Notes under the pieces: generated by a model | Database searches by the model: none | What the model saw: the letters and a program-made list of their open reading frames with translations, nothing else | Told to the model about the DNA's origin: nothing | Shown here: positions 35,601-47,625 of the stretch, piece after piece | Layout: each line of letters opens with the position of its first letter | Numbering within the stretch: the first letter of the stretch is position 1 | Assembly (NCBI RefSeq): GCF_018350175.1 | Contig: NC_058368.1 | Location: forward strand, 6,510,001-6,574,000 | Reading direction: 5' to 3' | DNA from: Felis catus | Lineage: Eukaryota | DNA length: 64,000 nt | Made by a program: the position numbers and the translations under genes

Positions 35601-36644
35601 TCCACGCCTTTGCCTAAACTGCCACGTTCATGGCCCAAAGGATGGCTTAGGGTGGTGTTCAGGAGTAGCGTTTGGGATCCACGGTGAGCGGGTTAGGGAG
35701 GCTGATCCTTCAAGCAGCAACATGATTGGCCAGCTACTTTGCAGTTGCCGTTGACCACACTGCATCCGGATCCCCAAAGGGTTCCTTTCCTCAGGTGTGT
35801 GTTAGACCTGGTGCATTATGACCGTGCCCCGGGGCACATTGGCTTAACCGCATGTAAGGTGCTGTTCTGTGAATCATCATTCTCATCAAATCGCACTTAT
35901 GAAGTGCTCCTTGAGCTGTTTTCAAATAGCAATCGTCTACTGAATTCCTGCAGAAGCTTCCTGCAGATGCTGGCCGAAACCCATTCATCTGGGTCCTGGA
36001 GTGGCAGTGTTAATTTATTTTTTTTCATTTCAACACATCGGTAGGTTCTAAGATTAAGAACCCGATAGCCGTCTGCTCTTATGAGCTCATGTCTCCTCTG
36101 GCTGCAAAACCTAGAGCGCCTAGTAGATCTTAAAGTTAAAAGTGAACTCCCAGCTTAAAGATGGGAGAAAACAAGGCTGGATATTCTGTTTTTGTTTGTT
36201 TGTTTTTTATTTATTATTATTATTTTTTTTCCTTTCAACAGTGAAGGTTTCCTGACTGCCTTTCTCCACCGCACGGTAAGGGTCCTGTGTGAACAGAGAT
36301 AGCCCGCGGAGCATGGGACCCTACAACTCCTTCCTCCAGGGGCATCATCCTCTGGCCATCCTGCCTCTCTCCGGTGCTCACTGTCATTTCTTACCCCAGC
36401 CCTGCAGATTCCCCTGCCCTTGACTTCCCCTTCTCCCTTTTCCTCCCTTTCCCCCATCCATGAGCTCTGGCCTCTGCAAGATCACCCTGTCTCTCCCTAC
36501 ATGCCGGTTCTCAGCTACAAATCAGCAGTTCTGCGGTGGGGCCCAGATTCTTCGTTTGCAATCCTCTGTCCCGGAGACCCCAATGTTCCTGGTCCACGTA
36601 CTCCCCTTGGAAAAACAAGGTTCTATGGAGTTTGTAGAACTCCT

Positions 36645-36860
36645 GGGGCACCTGGGTGGCTCAGTCGGTTAAGCATCCGACTCTTGGTTTCAGCTCAGGT
36701 GGCGATCTCACGGTTCGTAGGACCGAGCCCCTGGATTCGGCTCTGTGCTGACAGCGTGGAGCCTGCTTGGGATTTTCTCTCTCCTTTCTCTGCCCCCCTG
36801 CCCTGCTTGTGTCCCCAGTCTCCCCCTCTAAAAAAAAAATAAACATTAAAAAAAAAAAAA
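36645..36860 (+). mobile_element. Can-SINE
   Basis: SINEC consensus, TSD agaact.ct. Confidence 0.93.
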
Positions 36861-38039
36861 GAACTGCTTGTACCTGGTGGGGAGGCATCAGACACCTGTA
36901 CCTGCCAAGAGCCATGCTAATCGCTGGGCGCAGATTCACTAAGATGTGATCTCCCTACTCACGGGCATGTATCTCGTGCTGGTGACAGACACATAAAAAG
37001 GAACTATAATGTCGGGCAGCAAATGCTGTCATGAAGGGATGTATAGCTTCCTCTCAATTTCTATGTGATGAATCAACGCGCTTTTAGAATCAAGGGTTGA
37101 TAACCAGCTGCTTAAGCATACACAACAGTTTCAGCACGGTGCGGTTCAGACTATCTGCCACTTGGGAGCCTCGCATCCACACCGCAGTTCGGGGAAGGCT
37201 AACGCACAGGGCTGGCCACACACTGCTCTGGTCGATCACACGGAGACAGTCCCTGCCCTACAGAGCGGACAGGAGTGGCATTCATTCCCTCTTTAGTGTG
37301 TTTGGGAGTTGTGGGGGGCGGGGGAGAAGAAGGGTTGGGAAGAGAAAAGGTAATGAGGTGGGTGTGTTTCCCCACAGCGAGATCTTGAATTCAAGGAAGA
37401 AACCGAAGGAACGCACACGGGGCTGGATACGGCTAAAGGGCAGTTTCCCGGGGGCTACGGCGATGTGGGCACCTCCTCCGGATTGCCAGCATTAGCTGTG
37501 CCTTCCCAGTTCTGCTCGCTTCCCCCCCCCCCTGCCCCCGCCCCTCGAGCGATCGCTTGTAACACCACGAAGACTTTAAACTTTCCTCCCAATTCTAGGT
37601 TTATTTGTGCATTTGTTAGGACTTTTGTTGCCAAAGGGCCGAAATCCAATTCAAAGTAACTGAGTTACAAATGGAAATTGTTGTCTGACATGGTTGGGAA
37701 AGATTCTGGAGTGGCTCTTGGAAAAGCAGAAACTGCGGGAACAGAATTCTGTGTGCCAAGGCTCGCCGTCAGTCCCTGTCTCTGGCTTCTTCCTTGTCTT
37801 TGTTTCTCTGTGTTTGGCCGCCTCAAACTGACTTTCCCCAGACAAGCATCTCTCATGCGGCCATGAAAGCGGCCCCAGCAGCCCTCCCCACCCCCCACCC
37901 CACCCCCACCCCCACCCCCACCGCCCCGCTTACATGCTGAGACCATCTTCCGAGCTGGGGCCAGGGGTTCCCATGGAGAGCGCTGGCCCCGCCTGGTGTG
38001 TGCCCAGCCCTGCACCAACCCACGGCTGACGGGATGGGA

Positions 38040-38790
38040 TGAATTAGTCGGCAAGGCCCGGATCACGCATAGAGTCCTGCGGTGGGGTTTCCACGCGTAC
38101 TTTGCCGAATGGGCATTTCCCCACGAGAAAAGTGAGCTGGGACGCCAGATGGCCTCTGCAGCTCGGAATCCGGTGGGCTGATCGGGAGGTTTTGCGTGGC
38201 CCTCAGTGACGTGGCTCGTAGAGTTGCAGTCTGCAAGGCTGCCTCGTCAATTCATTCACCACTCGTTATAGGACACTGGAGCGGATGCCTTCCGGACGTG
38301 ACATTTCTTGCCTTTTCATCGTGTACCGTTTTGGTCACCTCTCTCTATAGCTCTGGCAAGAAACGGTGAGCCTGAAGCACAGCCTGGCACCTTCACAACC
38401 TATACGAGCAAGTACTGTTTAGTGTGAGAAAGACTGTGCCCGTGTTAATCACACACAGCATCTTGGCTACCTTCAGCCCCGTACCTACATTTCCTGGCCC
38501 TTCCTCGTCATTGACTTTGTAGACCGTGGGGCCGTCCCCACAGCGGGATTATTATTGGCGGGAGCAAGTCGTAAACTGAGCCAGTACTGTGGGGAGGGCG
38601 CGGTGCCTACGCTACAACGCGACTAAACAGCTTCTTTGCTGCCCGTGTTAATGACTGCGAGTCAATTTCTGTATGTTTGATTAATTGGTGCACTGATCTG
38701 AACCAGATTATTAGCCACGCTTCGCGCTGCCTCGCCAAGGGTCGTATCACACCTGAGAATAAAACGCGACTCCAAATTAACGTTTCGTTT
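38040..38790. repeat. Degenerate tandem array, unit about 185-205 bp, about 4 copies
   Basis: TGCCCGTGTTAAT at 38437 and 38640. CATTTC at 38114, 38302 and 38488. 17/22 ungapped match between 38301 and 38487. Confidence 0.45.
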
Positions 38791-38829
38791 TTATTCTTTT
38801 TCAGTTTACGGTCCTTTTTTTTTTTTTTT

Positions 38830-39360
38830 TTTTTTGGCTGGGTGACCTACATACAGAAAGCGCGTATTTCCCAAGCACACGGTTTGATGCAGAGATGCCC
38901 AGTGGATATGCCAACGTCCTCTCTAGCCATCCTGAGAAATAGAACATTGCCAGCGCCCCAGCTGTCCTCTGGCCCCACGCCAGTTAGTACCCCCACTAGG
39001 AAAAGAAAACCACTCTTCTCAATTCTCACCCCGTCGATTGGATCTGCCTGTTTCTGAGCTTTACAGGAACGGAATCCTACATTCTGTATCGTGCTGTGCC
39101 TGGCTCCTTTCAGTCGACATTGTTTCCATGAGACTTACTGACTCGTTGCATGGAGCAGTAGCGCACTCTTTTTCATCGCTGCGTAGTATTCTATTGCATA
39201 ATATGCCACTTGTTTTCTAATACATTCTCCTACGGATCTTGAGCACGTTGGGTGAGTGTCTCGTTTCGGCTATCGTGAAGAAAGCCATGATGAACATCCC
39301 AGAACATGTCATTTAATGCGCATATGTTTGTATTTCTATCAGGTGTACTCCTAAGGCTGC
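38830..39360 (-). mobile_element. Old L1 (L1ME-like) 3' fragment
   Basis: aaatagaacattgccagc...ctggctcctttca...atgaacatcc. Confidence 0.7.
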
Positions 39361-39756
39361 ATCGTTTTACATTTGTATTTTAATATTTAATCCTCCGTTG
39401 AAACCAACCCTGACTTCTCTTTAAAGGCAGTGAAGGGCCTATGACAAATCATAACACATCCCTCCTTTTCCCTTTCCCAGGCCTTCTACCCTTCTCATTT
39501 TAATGGAGAAGGAACCTATTTCATGGGAATGTCAGGAGATAGAGAAAGGAAGGACGCATCACACAAAGACAACATTTGGGCTGAGATTCTGTGTGAGAAA
39601 GAATTCTGTTGTCCGTGCTAACATTGCCTTCTGTACAAATTTTTGTGTTTTCAAAGATGTATTACTTAAAAAAAATTTAAAAAGTCTTTTTCTGATTCTA
39701 AAACAATACATATTCATTACAGAAATCTTGCTGCCTGCGACTAAAATTAAAAAGTA

Positions 39757-39974
39757 GGGGCGCCTGGGTGGCGCAGTCGGTTAAGCGTCCAACTTCAGCC
39801 AGGTCACGATCTCGCGGTCCGTGAGTTCGAGCCCCACATCAGGCTCTGGGCTGATGGCTCGGAGCCTGGAGCCTGTTTCCGATTCTGTGTCTCCCCCTCT
39901 CTCTGCCCCTCCCCCGTTCATGCTCTGTCTCTCGTTGTCCCAAAAATAAATAAAATGTAAAAAAAAAAAAAAAA
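39757..39974 (+). mobile_element. Young felid Can-SINE
   Basis: Near-consensus, cttcagccaggtcacg variant. Confidence 0.96.
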
Positions 39975-40041
39975 GTAAAATTACCCACACTCTCAATTCC
40001 AGAAAGAGAGACATTGGGAGCTTATTTTTGTTGTTATACAT

Positions 40042-40254
40042 TTTTTTTAATGTTTATTTATTTTTGAGAAAGAGAGAGAGAGACAGAGTGTGAGCAGGGG
40101 AAGGGCAGAGAGAGAGGGAGACACAGAATCCGAAGCAGGCTCCAGGCTCTGAGCTGTCGGCACAGAGCCTGATGCGGGGCTCGAACCCACGAACCGTGAG
40201 ATCATGACATGAGCCGGAGTCAGACACCGACCTGCTGAGCCACCCAGGTGTCCC
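40042..40254 (-). mobile_element. Can-SINE
   Basis: SINEC body, TSD tgtt(g)..atacat. Confidence 0.94.
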
Positions 40255-40614
40255 GTGTTGATACATATTTTTAATGCATTCGCTGGAGTGTTTTTTGTTT
40301 TTTGTTTTTTGTTTTTTTTCCCCAGAGTAACTTGAGGAATTACAGTAAAACCTTGGTTTGCAAGCATAGTTTGTTCTGGGCGCATGCTTGTAATCCAAAG
40401 CACTTGTATATCAAAGTGAATCTCAAGAACCTTTGGCCCAGTTGTGATCATGTGACATTTATCAAGTTAAAGTTCATTACAAATGTTTGCTCATCTTGGG
40501 GAACTCTCGCAGAGCACGGTACTTGCAATCCAAGATTTTACTGTATTTTATTTGTCATTACTGCACGGAAAAATACCTTTCCTGCACCGCCTCCTGCTGT
40601 CTCTCTGTCCCGGT

Positions 40615-40945
40615 GGTAGCTGAATGATGAACGGCCCCCAAAGATATCCTCGCCTTAATCCCTGGAACCTGGGAGTATTACCTTATACGGCGAAATGGAT
40701 TTTGTGACGCAGATGTAATTACGCGTCTCCGGATGGGCAGATTTCTCTGGATTAGGCAGGGGAGCCCTAAGTGTAACCCAAAGGTCTTTTCCAAGGATTG
40801 AAGACAGAGGAAGCAGGGCCAGGAGCCAAGGGGTGTAGGCAGCCTGGAAGCTGGAAAGGGCAATGAAATGGATTCTCCCTGGAGCCTCCGAAAGGAATAC
40901 AGTTCTAGGGACCCACTTGTGATTTCTTGCCTCCCGAATACATTG
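40615..40945 (+). mobile_element. MLT1 (MaLR) LTR
   Basis: ggcccccaaagatatcc...taatccctggaacct...ggagccaagg...gattctccctggagcctcc. Confidence 0.8.
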
Positions 40946-40949
40946 ATGG

Positions 40950-41250
40950 GTTTTTTTTTGCTGATACACACAATTACTAACTAAAGTCCATAGTTTCCGT
41001 TAGTGTTCACGCATAGTGTTGTACGTTCTGCGGGTTTTGGCAAATTTATAATGCCGTGTCTCCATCATCATAGGGTCATACAGGGCAGTTCCCCCCTCCC
41101 GAAACTGCCTTTGCTGCACCTGTCCCTCCCTCCCCACCCCCAATCCCTGTTCACCACTGTATGGTTTGCCTTTTCCAGAATGTCATGTGGTTGGAGTCAT
41201 ACTGTACGGAACCTTTCTGAGCTAGCTTCTTTCCCTTAGTAACGTGGGCG
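40950..41250 (-). mobile_element. L1MC-like fragment
   Basis: taactaaagtccatagttt...tttgccttttccagaatgtcat. Confidence 0.75.
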
Positions 41251-42336
41251 CGGGCATTGGCCACGGGGTGGGGGTGGGGGGGGGGCCGAGCCTGCACCTC
41301 GAGTCCGCACTCCATCAGAAGCATAGAGTGGCAGGAGCCGGGCACTGTGCCCATCCCAGGGCCACCCCCTGATGGGCAGGGCCAGCGTTTCCTCCCGAGG
41401 TAGATGGGCAGGTGATGCGAAGGAAGCCGAACCTGAGGCACCTCTCTGGGGACTCCCCACGTCACCAGAGGACGCTCGGCGCACGTCTAACTTTTCCCAT
41501 CAAGCCAGCGACGGCCCGGGCCGCCACTGCTTGGGTATAAAGAGGAAGCATTCACCTGGACCTTCATTCAGCTTGTAAACAAGAGAGATCGCTCTCGCCC
41601 GGCTTTGTAACAAGGACCCCCCCCCCCCATCCCGAGCTGGGCATCGTAGCTGTGAACTGTAGTAGGCTGCTGGCTCAAGCGTGCCATGGTCCCCTGGGCA
41701 GAGAGCCTGGACAGTTAGCTTCTTGGGCCGTGGCCCCCCTGCTGCGTTTGTGCAAGAAACGCAAGGCGAGAAGCGGGGTGATCGGGCTTGCTGTTGATTC
41801 TTTGAGCCACTGAGGAGCGAGCACCGTTCACACAACCTAAATGCTTTGTATTTGAGATGAAGAATTCAACGTCTTTGCGGGCCAGCTTGACAACACATAC
41901 CCTCTCTGCAAAGAAGCCTTCCTCGGGGATCTATCACTTGGTGCAACATGAATCACGCGTTCTCGATCTCTCTCGTTCGTTGTGACCTACATTTCATCGT
42001 ATCTGATGGATGTCCCTGCGAGGTTGGGAGGAAATGTGCACGGTGAGCAAAGATACAGCCTTCCCTGCTGATGTGGTTTTAGAATCGTGGCACGTGCCTC
42101 CTGGTTGTGCCTTCTTACTTTAAACGAGGAAAGGGAAGGATGCTCCGGGGCTAGCTGGAAGGAGGAAAACTGTGTGTTTGGATGATGTGCTACTTTTCTT
42201 CCAATTCTTCCTTTACTATGTCAGGAGGCCCAGGCAGACGATTATAATCAATAAATTTTAGCCAAAACGTGATTGTTGGACATGTCCCCCCTCCTGTGGT
42301 TCTTGAAATGCTGGTTTAAAGTGCTGGTGGATAAAT

Positions 42337-42557
42337 GGGGTACCTGGGTGGCTCAGTCGGTTAAGCGTCCGACTTCGTCTCAGGCCATGATCCCGTGAGG
42401 GTCAGGCCCCGCGTCGGGCTCTGTGCTGACAGCTCGGAGCCTGGAGGCTGCCTCGAATTCCGCGTCTCCTTCTCTCTCTGTCTCTCCCCACTCCCTCTCT
42501 CAAAAATAAATAAACATTAAAAAAAATTTTTTTTAATAAAAAATAAAAAAAATAAAA
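42337..42557 (+). mobile_element. Can-SINE
   Basis: SINEC consensus. Confidence 0.92.
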
Positions 42558-43119
42558 TGCTGGGGAATGAAATGAGAGGAGAGGGGGCGAGAAGGAGTAA
42601 CCCCCTAGGGTGCCGGCCCTGTGCGCTGCCCTAGGCTCGTGTAGAACGCACTGTATCTTCCCCTCCGCGACACAAACAGGTTGGGGACGGTAAATGCACA
42701 GCCAGACTCCAGCAGGGTGTGTGCGCAGGGTGTGACGCTATGTGACGAGAAGAGCTTTGGCAGTGGTCTTGGTTAACAGGGAAGGAGAATTACTAGTTCT
42801 GTGCATGATGCGTACCTGCTCCGGGTAACGTGCGCTGGGCAGTTAATGCACGCTCTGCTTGGTCCCGAAGCTGAGCTGTCCTAGCTCTTGATCGTTCTCC
42901 CTGGAGGCTCACATCTCTGATCGCTTTACGGTCAACTGAGTTTATATCGCTCATGTGAGAGCAGGGGCCCCCAGAAATTTGGATTTCTTGGGTTGGTAAA
43001 CTCCACCAGCGGCAGCAACAGCAACAACAAAATGGAGAGACCGACATGGGGTTTCCAAGCTTTTATTTTGTCAAATAAGTTCATTTAAGCAAGCCAACTT
43101 CAAATTACCTTTATTATTC

Positions 43120-43319
43120 TTTTAATTTTTGTTAATGTTTATTTATTTTTGAGACAGAGAGAGAGAGCGCGTGAGCAGGGGAGGGGCAGAGAGAGAGAAT
43201 CTGAAACAGGCTCCGGGCTCCGAGCTGTCAGCACAGAGCCCGACGCGGGGCTCGACCCTCACGGGATCATGACCTGAGACGAAGTCGGACGCTCAACCGA
43301 CTGAGCCACCCAGGCGCCC
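43120..43319 (-). mobile_element. Can-SINE
   Basis: SINEC body, TSD accttttattatt. Confidence 0.95.
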
Positions 43320-44239
43320 TGACCTTTATTATTATTTTATATGGCATTTTTAGCATGCATGTGTGTGCACACTCACACATGGGTGTATGTCAAGCAAAAG
43401 GAGAGTGCTTTAAATGAAATACATCTGGTTCTATGAAGACCTCACTGCATTTTTCTGACTTTTCTAGAATACTCATGTTCAAGATGGATGGAGACTGTTG
43501 CAGCCCAGACTAGTCAGAGGATGCCTCTCCACTGATGGACGTGATGATCTTATAGCTACTCAAAGGAATCCTAGAAGACATTTAATACTTTCTGTCACAT
43601 CAACAGAGAAAATGTACACAGTTTCCAATTATCCACAGTTTTCTTTTAGGCGTTCAGGAACATTCTCCGCCTCTCCAGACTCACAGCCCGCGTTTATGGA
43701 CCCCTCACCTGTGCCATGAGCTCTCAGGGCCGCAATGTTGTGTGTTGTCATTGGGGAAATGGCCAGGCTTCCCCTGAAGGCCTACATAGTGACATTAATT
43801 TCTCTGCGAATTTACCCTGGTCTGGGGAGCTTTACCTTAACCAGATTGATACGTTCCTGTCAAAAGCTATCACAGGATAAATATTTACTGTCTCGGGTGC
43901 CAAGTATGAGCAGACCTGTGTGGCCTGGAGCAAATAAACCCTTCACCTATTTGTAAAATGAGACGGGTAACAGCATCCACCTCCTAGGGCTGGTGTGACA
44001 CAGGATGAAGCACCCAGTCCACTTATCCCAGCCCGGCACAATACACAATAGTTGTGATCACTGCTGTAGCCATTGTCAGTGCGTCATCTCCCCGTGCCCT
44101 GTGTGAGTGGGGATCCAGGTGGCTCCCATTCTCTCAGTCGCACTGGCCAAGGGCCTAGCCATCGTCCTTGGAGTCATCACCCACAGACCATCCAAACTGT
44201 CAGGACATCCTGTGGACCCCACCCTCCGCATACATCCAG

Positions 44240-44865
44240 AATCGCTAAGTGTCGAAACTCAGAAGCAGCCAAGATGTCCTCCAGGAGGTGAATGGATAAA
44301 TAAACTGGGTCGGGCACCTCCAGACACTGGAATATTACCCAGCTCTAAAAAAGCCCCATGCCCAAAACACTCTCGAGTCACAAAAAGACATCAAGGAGAC
44401 CTAAATGCATATCACCAAGTGAAAGAAGCCAGTGTGAAAAGGCTACACGCAACCACATGACGTTCAGGAAAAGGCAAGACTTGGGGGAAAATAGAAAGAT
44501 CAGTGGTCGCCAGGCATCGCGGGGAGGGAGGGATGAGTAGGTTGAGCTCAGAGGATTTTTAGGGCAGCGAAACTACGCTTTATGGTGCTGTCATGGTGGA
44601 TACACGCCCATTATACACTTGTCAAAACCCATACAAGGTACAACACCAAGAGCGAATTCTAAGGTATATTACGGACTTCGGGTGATAACGACCGGTCAAT
44701 GCGGGTTCATCGATGGTAACAAAGGCACTGTCTGGTGAGGGATGTTGATAATGGAGAGGCTCTGTGCATGTGGGGGAGGAGGCATACGGAACCTTTCTAT
44801 ACTTCCTGTTCGATTTTGCTGTTAACCTAAGATCGCTCTACAAGACAGTCTATTAAAAAAAAAAG
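44240..44865 (+). mobile_element. L1MC-like 3' end
   Basis: ccaagatgtcct...ggtgaatggataaataaactg...gtgaaagaagccag...caacaccaagag, then A tail. Confidence 0.85.
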
Positions 44866-45764
44866 CGAATAAAGACACATCGTAAGAGATGAATGCAAAC
44901 AATGCATCAAATATTCATCAAGCAAAAATCGTAAAAGGAAAAAAGATGCCACTTCTTACCTCCTCCTCCGCTGCTGTCACCCTGATGCAAATGACGGTCA
45001 TCCCTCACCTGGATTATTCCAAGGGTTTCCCAGCTGGTTTCCTACACGTGCTCTCGTTCTCATCCAGTCTGTTGTTGATGCACGTCAGTGAGGTCGTGTT
45101 TGTCCCCACCAAAGCCCTCAGAGTGGTCCCAGCTCACCCAGAGGGAAGCCAAGTCCTTCTGCTGTCCCCAACCACCCAGCCCTCCTGCCACTGTCCTTCC
45201 CACAGCACCAGGCTCCTCCCGATGCCCCGTGACTGGCCCCTGCCTCCCCAGGTCTTCCCTCGAATGTCATGTTTCAGTGAGGCTTCAGCCACCCTGTCCG
45301 CACCGCGTGCCCCCAACACCCAATGACCCTCCTCCCGCTTTATTTCTCTCCTTAGCCCTGATCACCGCTGATGCGCCCGGAGTTTCATTTCTCTCCCTTG
45401 TTGTTTATCTGTGTCGTCCCTGCAACACTACCCCCTCCGTTTGGTTCCTTGTTGTAGCTCCAGTGCCTAGAATGTGGCCTGGTGCAGAGGAGGGCCTTCT
45501 TTCTGATGACTGGGTCGTGGAATTGAGACAAGTTAGGGAGATTGGACGTTGCAAGGTTGGGCTGAGACCCTGCATCTCACTGTGGGGCACGTCTTCCCAA
45601 CATATTGGGGACGTCAAGTGACTAATGACCAAGTGAGCCTCTCCCTCGGCAACGTTGGGTGGGCCTCAGCTGACCGAGGAAAACTCTCTGTCAGAGTGGG
45701 ATGTTCTTTCCGACACGCAGATCTTGTTCAAGTGACCTGCCTCGATGCCGATGGCAGATGGTGC

Positions 45765-46145
45765 TCTGGCCGGGACTGTGTCCCTCCAAAAGCCATCTGT
45801 TGCTGCCCTGACCTCCAGTGCTTCCAGAATGGGGCTGCCTTTGGAGACAGGGTCTTTGCCGAGATGACTAAGTCAAAGGGACATCACGTGGGTGGCCCGA
45901 ATCCAGTCTGCCTGGCCTCCTAAACGAAGAGGAGGTTAGAGCCCAGGACGCACAGAAAGGGGGGAGCCCAGGTGAAGACAGGGAGAAGACAACCATCTAC
46001 GAGCCAAGGAGAGAGGTCTCAGAGGGATCCAGCCCTGCTGACCACCTGGACCTCGGACTTCCAGCCTTCAGGATGGTGAGACAATAAGTTTCCGTTGCTT
46101 CAGCCACCCAATCTGTGGCGCTTTGCTATGGCGGCCCATGCAGAG
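45765..46145 (+). mobile_element. MLT1 (MaLR) LTR
   Basis: tttggagacagggtcttt...gccaaggagagagg...ggacttccagcct...gccacccaatctgtgg. Confidence 0.85.
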
Positions 46146-46767
46146 GAGTCTGAGCAGATGGACAGATTCTGACAGGAAGTCAGGTTTTTCTGGAGGGCTC
46201 GAAATTGGTCTGGGGCACCGCCTTCCACACCGTGTCAAGGAACGTAATTCCACAGATGCTCTTACATGCTTGGAAAGGGTACCAGGTGCTGTGGGGGCCC
46301 GGACGGTCCCCTTGCCCCTCAGGGCACACTAGCTAACTCCCAACCAACCAGCACCTACATCTCTTCGCTGAGGACTTCCTCTGGTGCCACCTGCACTGCA
46401 GATGGGAAGTGCCAGGAAGCGTATGCCCTTGGAGCAGCCATGTGCCCGTGACCGATGGGGACCAGGGTATCCGTACCCCGGCTCCCGCCTCCCTGGATCT
46501 CGGGGACCTGGACTAATCGCCATAATCTTCTCACACTGAAGGAGCCACCACAGCCGGGATGACGGGCAAACGGCCATGGTTGTGTTGCCCACTCAGGTTC
46601 AGGGACGCCAGGGACTCCAGCTTGGACAGCTTGCCCTGGGTCCTATTCTCGTTTGGAGCCTTCAAAGTCAAGCTGTGCGGCTCGTTTCCCGGTGGGTGAA
46701 CCATGTCCCTGGTGCACGTTTTTCTCTGACTCTTGGAAGGTCTAAGCTCCAGTCACTGGCGGTGGGA

Positions 46768-47155
46768 TGGCCTTCGTCAGCTGGGGCTGTCACAGCGACA
46801 TGCCACAGACCGGACGGCTGAAACAGAAGTTTATTTTCTCGCAGTTCTGGAGGCTGCAAGTCCAAGTGTGAGGTTCTGGCTAAGTTTGGTTTCTGGTGAG
46901 AATCCTCTTTGTGGGTCGCAGATGGCTGTCCTCGCACGGCCTCTCTTTGGGGCATGTGTGCAAGTGGAAAGAGAGAGCGAGCTCTCGGTGTCTCTTCTTA
47001 AAAGGACACTAATCCTATTGGACCAAGGCCCCACCCTTATGACCTCATTTAACCTTGACTGCACTACAAAGGCTCTTTCTCCAGATTCAGCCACGCTGAG
47101 GAGCTGGGCCTTCAAATTACGAATTTTGCATTATGAATTTATTCAGTCCGTGACA
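46768..47155 (-). mobile_element. MLT1A-like (MaLR) LTR
   Basis: cagttctggaggctgcaagtccaag...ggccccacccttatgacctcatttaacctt. Confidence 0.85.
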
Positions 47156-47171
47156 GGTAATGTGATGTAAA

Positions 47172-47392
47172 ATTTTTTTTTAATGTTTATTTATTTTTGA
47201 GAGAAAGAGAGACAGAGACAGAGCACAAGGGGGGGGGAGGGGCAGAGAGAGAGGGAGACACAGAATCTGAAGCAGGCTCCAGGCTCTGAGATGTCAGCAC
47301 AGAACCTGACACGGGCCTTGAGCTCATGAACCACGAGATTGTGACCTGAGCCAAAGTCGGATACTCAACTGACTGAGCCACCCAGGCGCCCC
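47172..47392 (-). mobile_element. Can-SINE
   Basis: SINEC body, TSD aggtaatgtg. Confidence 0.95.
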
Positions 47393-47423
47393 AAGGTAAT
47401 GTGCTTTTAAAAACCTGCTTACT

Positions 47424-47625
47424 GGGGCCCCTGGGTGGCTCAGTCGGTTAAGCATCCGACTTCGGCTCAGCTCACGATCTCACGGTTCATGAGTTTGAGC
47501 CCCGTGCCAGGCAGGCTCTCTGCTGAATGCAAGGAGCTCGCTTCGGATCCTCTGTCCCCCTCTGTTTCTGCCCCTCCCTGGCTCCCACTCTCTCTCTCTC
47601 TCTCAAAAATAAACTTTTTTTTAAA
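47424..47625 (+). mobile_element. Can-SINE
   Basis: SINEC consensus. Confidence 0.92.

Noticed and set aside
34437..35754. Long ORFs of 356 aa, 411 aa and 277 aa over the CpG island
   Set aside because: Low-complexity Arg/Pro/Gly/Ala translations open in several frames on both strands, as expected from stop-codon scarcity in GC-rich DNA.
41780..42090. Another apparently foreign patch sharing TGTATTTGAGA with 28809
   Set aside because: Its 3' part reads as a decayed L2 end with CpG gain, and one 11-mer match is expected by chance in 64 kb.
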